Source: Selaginella moellendorffii
Taxonomy: Eukaryota > Plantae > Lycopodiophyta
Assembly (NCBI RefSeq): GCF_000143415.4
Contig: NW_003314359.1
Location: forward strand, 219,477-283,476
DNA: 64,000 bases
Reading direction: 5' to 3'
Numbering within the stretch: the first letter of the stretch is position 1; each line of letters starts with the position of its first letter. The notes under the pieces are model-generated. The model ran no database searches, was not told the origin of the DNA, and worked only from the letters and a program-made list of their open reading frames with translations. This document shows positions 61,372 through 64,000 of this stretch, piece after piece. The translations under genes were made by a program, and so were the position numbers.

Positions 61372-61540
61372 TGGAAGTTTATAATTATAAATATGTTTAT
61401 AATTTTTAAACACAAGATTAATCTTATTGAATATTAACCATCAGATAGTAGAATAAACTAGAATATACTAGGAAGTGTTTAGGGAAGTTTATAAATTATA
61501 AACATGTTTATAAATTATTAAAACAAGATTAATCTAATAT
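61372..61540. repeat. about 55-bp AT-rich direct repeat, two copies
   Basis: GGAAGTTTATAA(A)TTATAAA.ATGTTTATAA...ACAAGATTAATCT near 61372 and 61482. Confidence 0.7.
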
Positions 61541-63163
61541 CCAAGAATATTATAGATATATCCATTACCACTTCACTCCCCCTACAGGTTTGCTTGAGCA
61601 AACCAAAAAATGATAGTGATAGAGAATGATTTTGATACTTATATTTTAATATAAGATCTTAAATTTCTTTTGGAAAACCAAAAACCAACTCAGCTGTATA
61701 ACTGTTGACTAAGCTTGAGAATCAGGTTTTTAGTGCTATTAAAATTTTCATTTACTAATATATGTTAACACAGTTAGTACAAGACAATTAGAGAAAGTTT
61801 AAGATCATTAAACTACAGCTGGATAAATATCGTAGAATATACTTAGATATCAAGGCAAAAAACAGTTTAACTTTATAGCTTAAACTATTTACATTTAAAA
61901 TAAAAAAGACTTAGAGATTTACTTCATCATCAGATGAGAAAATTCAGGCATCCTATCCTACTCATTGCATTATTCATGACTTTTCTACATAAAAACTATC
62001 TAACATCTAGAGCTGAGTGAATCCCAGGACATGGTTACACTCGCTCATCCATTTTACGAGGAAACATTTTCAAGAATCTGACACCAAAAAGGAGTAGATT
62101 AATCTAATGTGAGGTCAGCAAAAACTCAATATCTCTTTCTTGTGATTATGGCTCCTGATTGCTTGCTAGAAGTTTCAAGCAACATAACAGATGTTAATAG
62201 CACCAAGTGAGTTTTCCTGCCGTATTATCTACATGTTGGTCCAGGTCGAACGCTGTGGTGAGAAGCACGTTACTGCGGTTGCGGCACACTGCTCCCAGCA
62301 CTCCCCTTATCTTGATGCTAGTCTGCTCAATCTCCACCATCTCAAATCTTCCGCAACTTCTGGCAAAGCCCTCCCCGACCACCATAACTCCATTTTCGTT
62401 TCCAATGTGGGGATTAAGCGGGAGGTACGTCCAAACGCGAGGGTTTGGCAGGCACTTGGAGTAGAGGAAGCTGAAGGACATATACGTTTGATTGCATGTA
62501 AGCGAGAAGAAGCCGCAACTCTGGACAATTGCACATGATATTCCTTCTATTCTTCTCTTTTAAAGCACATTTGAGCTTTACCTTTGCGAGTGAGATGAAC
62601 ATAAGTGGTAGCAGTGCAAATTGATACCTCCAGCAGAAAATTGGACCCATGGTTTTCTTTTCCTTTTTTGCATAGAACGAAGTTATGTAGCCCAACCCCT
62701 AGCAAAAAGACAATGAACTTAATCCGTCGTTTTCCCATAGCTTCGCGCTTTATACTTTCGGTCCACAAGGCATTTCTTCCTTGCAAACCCGGCATCTGGC
62801 GTCACGGCCATGCATTTCTGAGAATCGGTACACCTCTCTCAAGCAAAGCAGACATTACAAAAAATTTGATGATTATTAAGTGTGGCTAGAAAATGTGTCT
62901 TCTTCATCGTCCAAAGAGAAAGAACTAGGTCGATTCTCCTGCCAGCAAAAGAAGCCGGTTTAATCACTGGCGCTTCTCCAGATTGCTGGAGCTTGTAGCT
63001 TCAAACAGTTTTGAGAAACATGAAAAGCAAAGAGTTCCTAGTTTTGACAAAGAACGACACTCCAAAGCTCACAGAATTAAAACCAAGAACAAACCAAAAG
63101 CAAGGACGAGAAACCACAAGAAAAATGCCCACAGAGGAGGAGAAGAGAGGAAACTTACCAGCA

Positions 63164-63550
63164 TTACGAGGCCAAGGCTTCGTCGCCGGCAGCGGCGGCG
63201 GCAGGCTGGGGGATCTTGAGACCCACCTTGGCCTCCTGCTTCTCCTTCTCCATCTCCATCTCCAGCTGCTGCATCTTCCACACCCGCGCGAGATAGAGGT
63301 AGTACTGGCACTTTTCGAAGCTGTGGCGGAGCTCCACGCATCGCCACGGCAGGTAGTAGTTCTGCTGCCGGCACTTGTTGAGCGGGATGAGCCTGTGCGC
63401 GCATTGATCCCGCCACTCGAGCGGCACCCGCGCGCGCTCCATCTCCTTGTTGCTCGCCTTCATCTTGAGCAGATACTCGTAGCTCGCCTTGGATTCGTCC
63501 ACAAAGCGCTCATCTTCTTCGTGCAGCACCTCCCCCTCCTCGCCCCCCAT
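63164..63550 (-). CDS. NDUFB7: NADH dehydrogenase 1 beta subcomplex subunit 7 (B18)
   Basis: M.AS..EM..ARVPL..RDQCAHRLIPLNKCR...YLPWRC...RH.FEKCQY with twin CX9C. Confidence 0.95.
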   Translation of the reverse strand: MGGEEGEVLHEEDERFVDESKASYEYLLKMKASNKEMERARVPLEWRDQCAHRLIPLNKCRQQNYYLPWRCVELRHSFEKCQYYLYLARVWKMQQLEMEMEKEKQEAKVGLKIPQPAAAAAGDEALAS

Positions 63551-63809
63551 TCGCTCCCTACTCTCTGCCCTAAAACCCCAACCAATAGAGAAGAGAGAGA
63601 GAGAGAGAGAGAGGTTTCAAACACTTCTAGCCGTCGATTCGAATGTTCTTTTTCACTATTTCTCCTTTCACGGGGAATCTCCACCGTTTGTTTGTTTTTA
63701 CATGCTTCGTCCCCGCTCTGCGAAGAGAGTAAACCATGGACTTTTAAAACACTTGAAAACCACGGAACTTACTTGCCCCCTCTTCGCGGCGAAATTTTTT
63801 TTTTTCTCA

Positions 63810-64000
63810 GCGGAGTAGCGCCGAGAAAAAAAAACAGCATCGATCCATTTCTTCCTGTGATGAATACATGGAAGCATTGTATGAAGATCAAGAGGGTGAT
63901 TGAAAAGGAGTATCTTACCTCCTGTGGCTTCTTGTGCAAAAGCCACGTCCTGCCAGCACTGGTGGTCTCATTCGCTACGAGGAACTGTGAGCCACTTACC
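63810..64000 (-). other. probable 3' exons of a gene continuing beyond the window
   Basis: Two GTAAG...CAG intron-like segments (63999-63950 and 63918-63855) flank a 31-nt exon; product not recognisable. Confidence 0.4.

Noticed and set aside
57260-62900. Short ORFs at 57.3-58.0 kb and 62.2-62.9 kb and the AT-rich stretch between them
   Set aside because: No recognisable domain, consistent exon chain or TE termini; left unannotated pending BLASTX.

Overview
Land-plant nuclear DNA, most likely a lycophyte such as Selaginella (inferred from 50-70 nt introns, dense genes and a GC-rich PLS-type PPR). Four parts. (1) 1-7593: a decayed Ty3/gypsy chromovirus (family A, minus strand). Its integrase region carries two, possibly three, 46-53 nt intron-like insertions; removing the two GT-AG ones restores conserved motifs exactly. 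(2) About 7.6-30.4 kb: a three-unit tandem array of a head-to-head nodulin-like MFS transporter / 2-oxoglutarate dioxygenase pair. Unit 1 has an intact in-frame 2OGD::AlaX fusion, and the unit-3 MFS is broken by a 2-kb inversion. (3) Ordinary genes: AlaX, IQD, an unknown conserved protein, an AVT1-like amino-acid transporter, starch synthase I, prefoldin 4, a small MBD + C2H2 protein, a PPR and NDUFB7. (4) 40.5-54 kb: a nested retrotransposon stack. An old gypsy with 175-bp LTRs (family C) hosts a family-A solo LTR and a non-autonomous element (family B) that shares covarying RNA structures with family A. All calls are by eye from the sequence; no searches were run.
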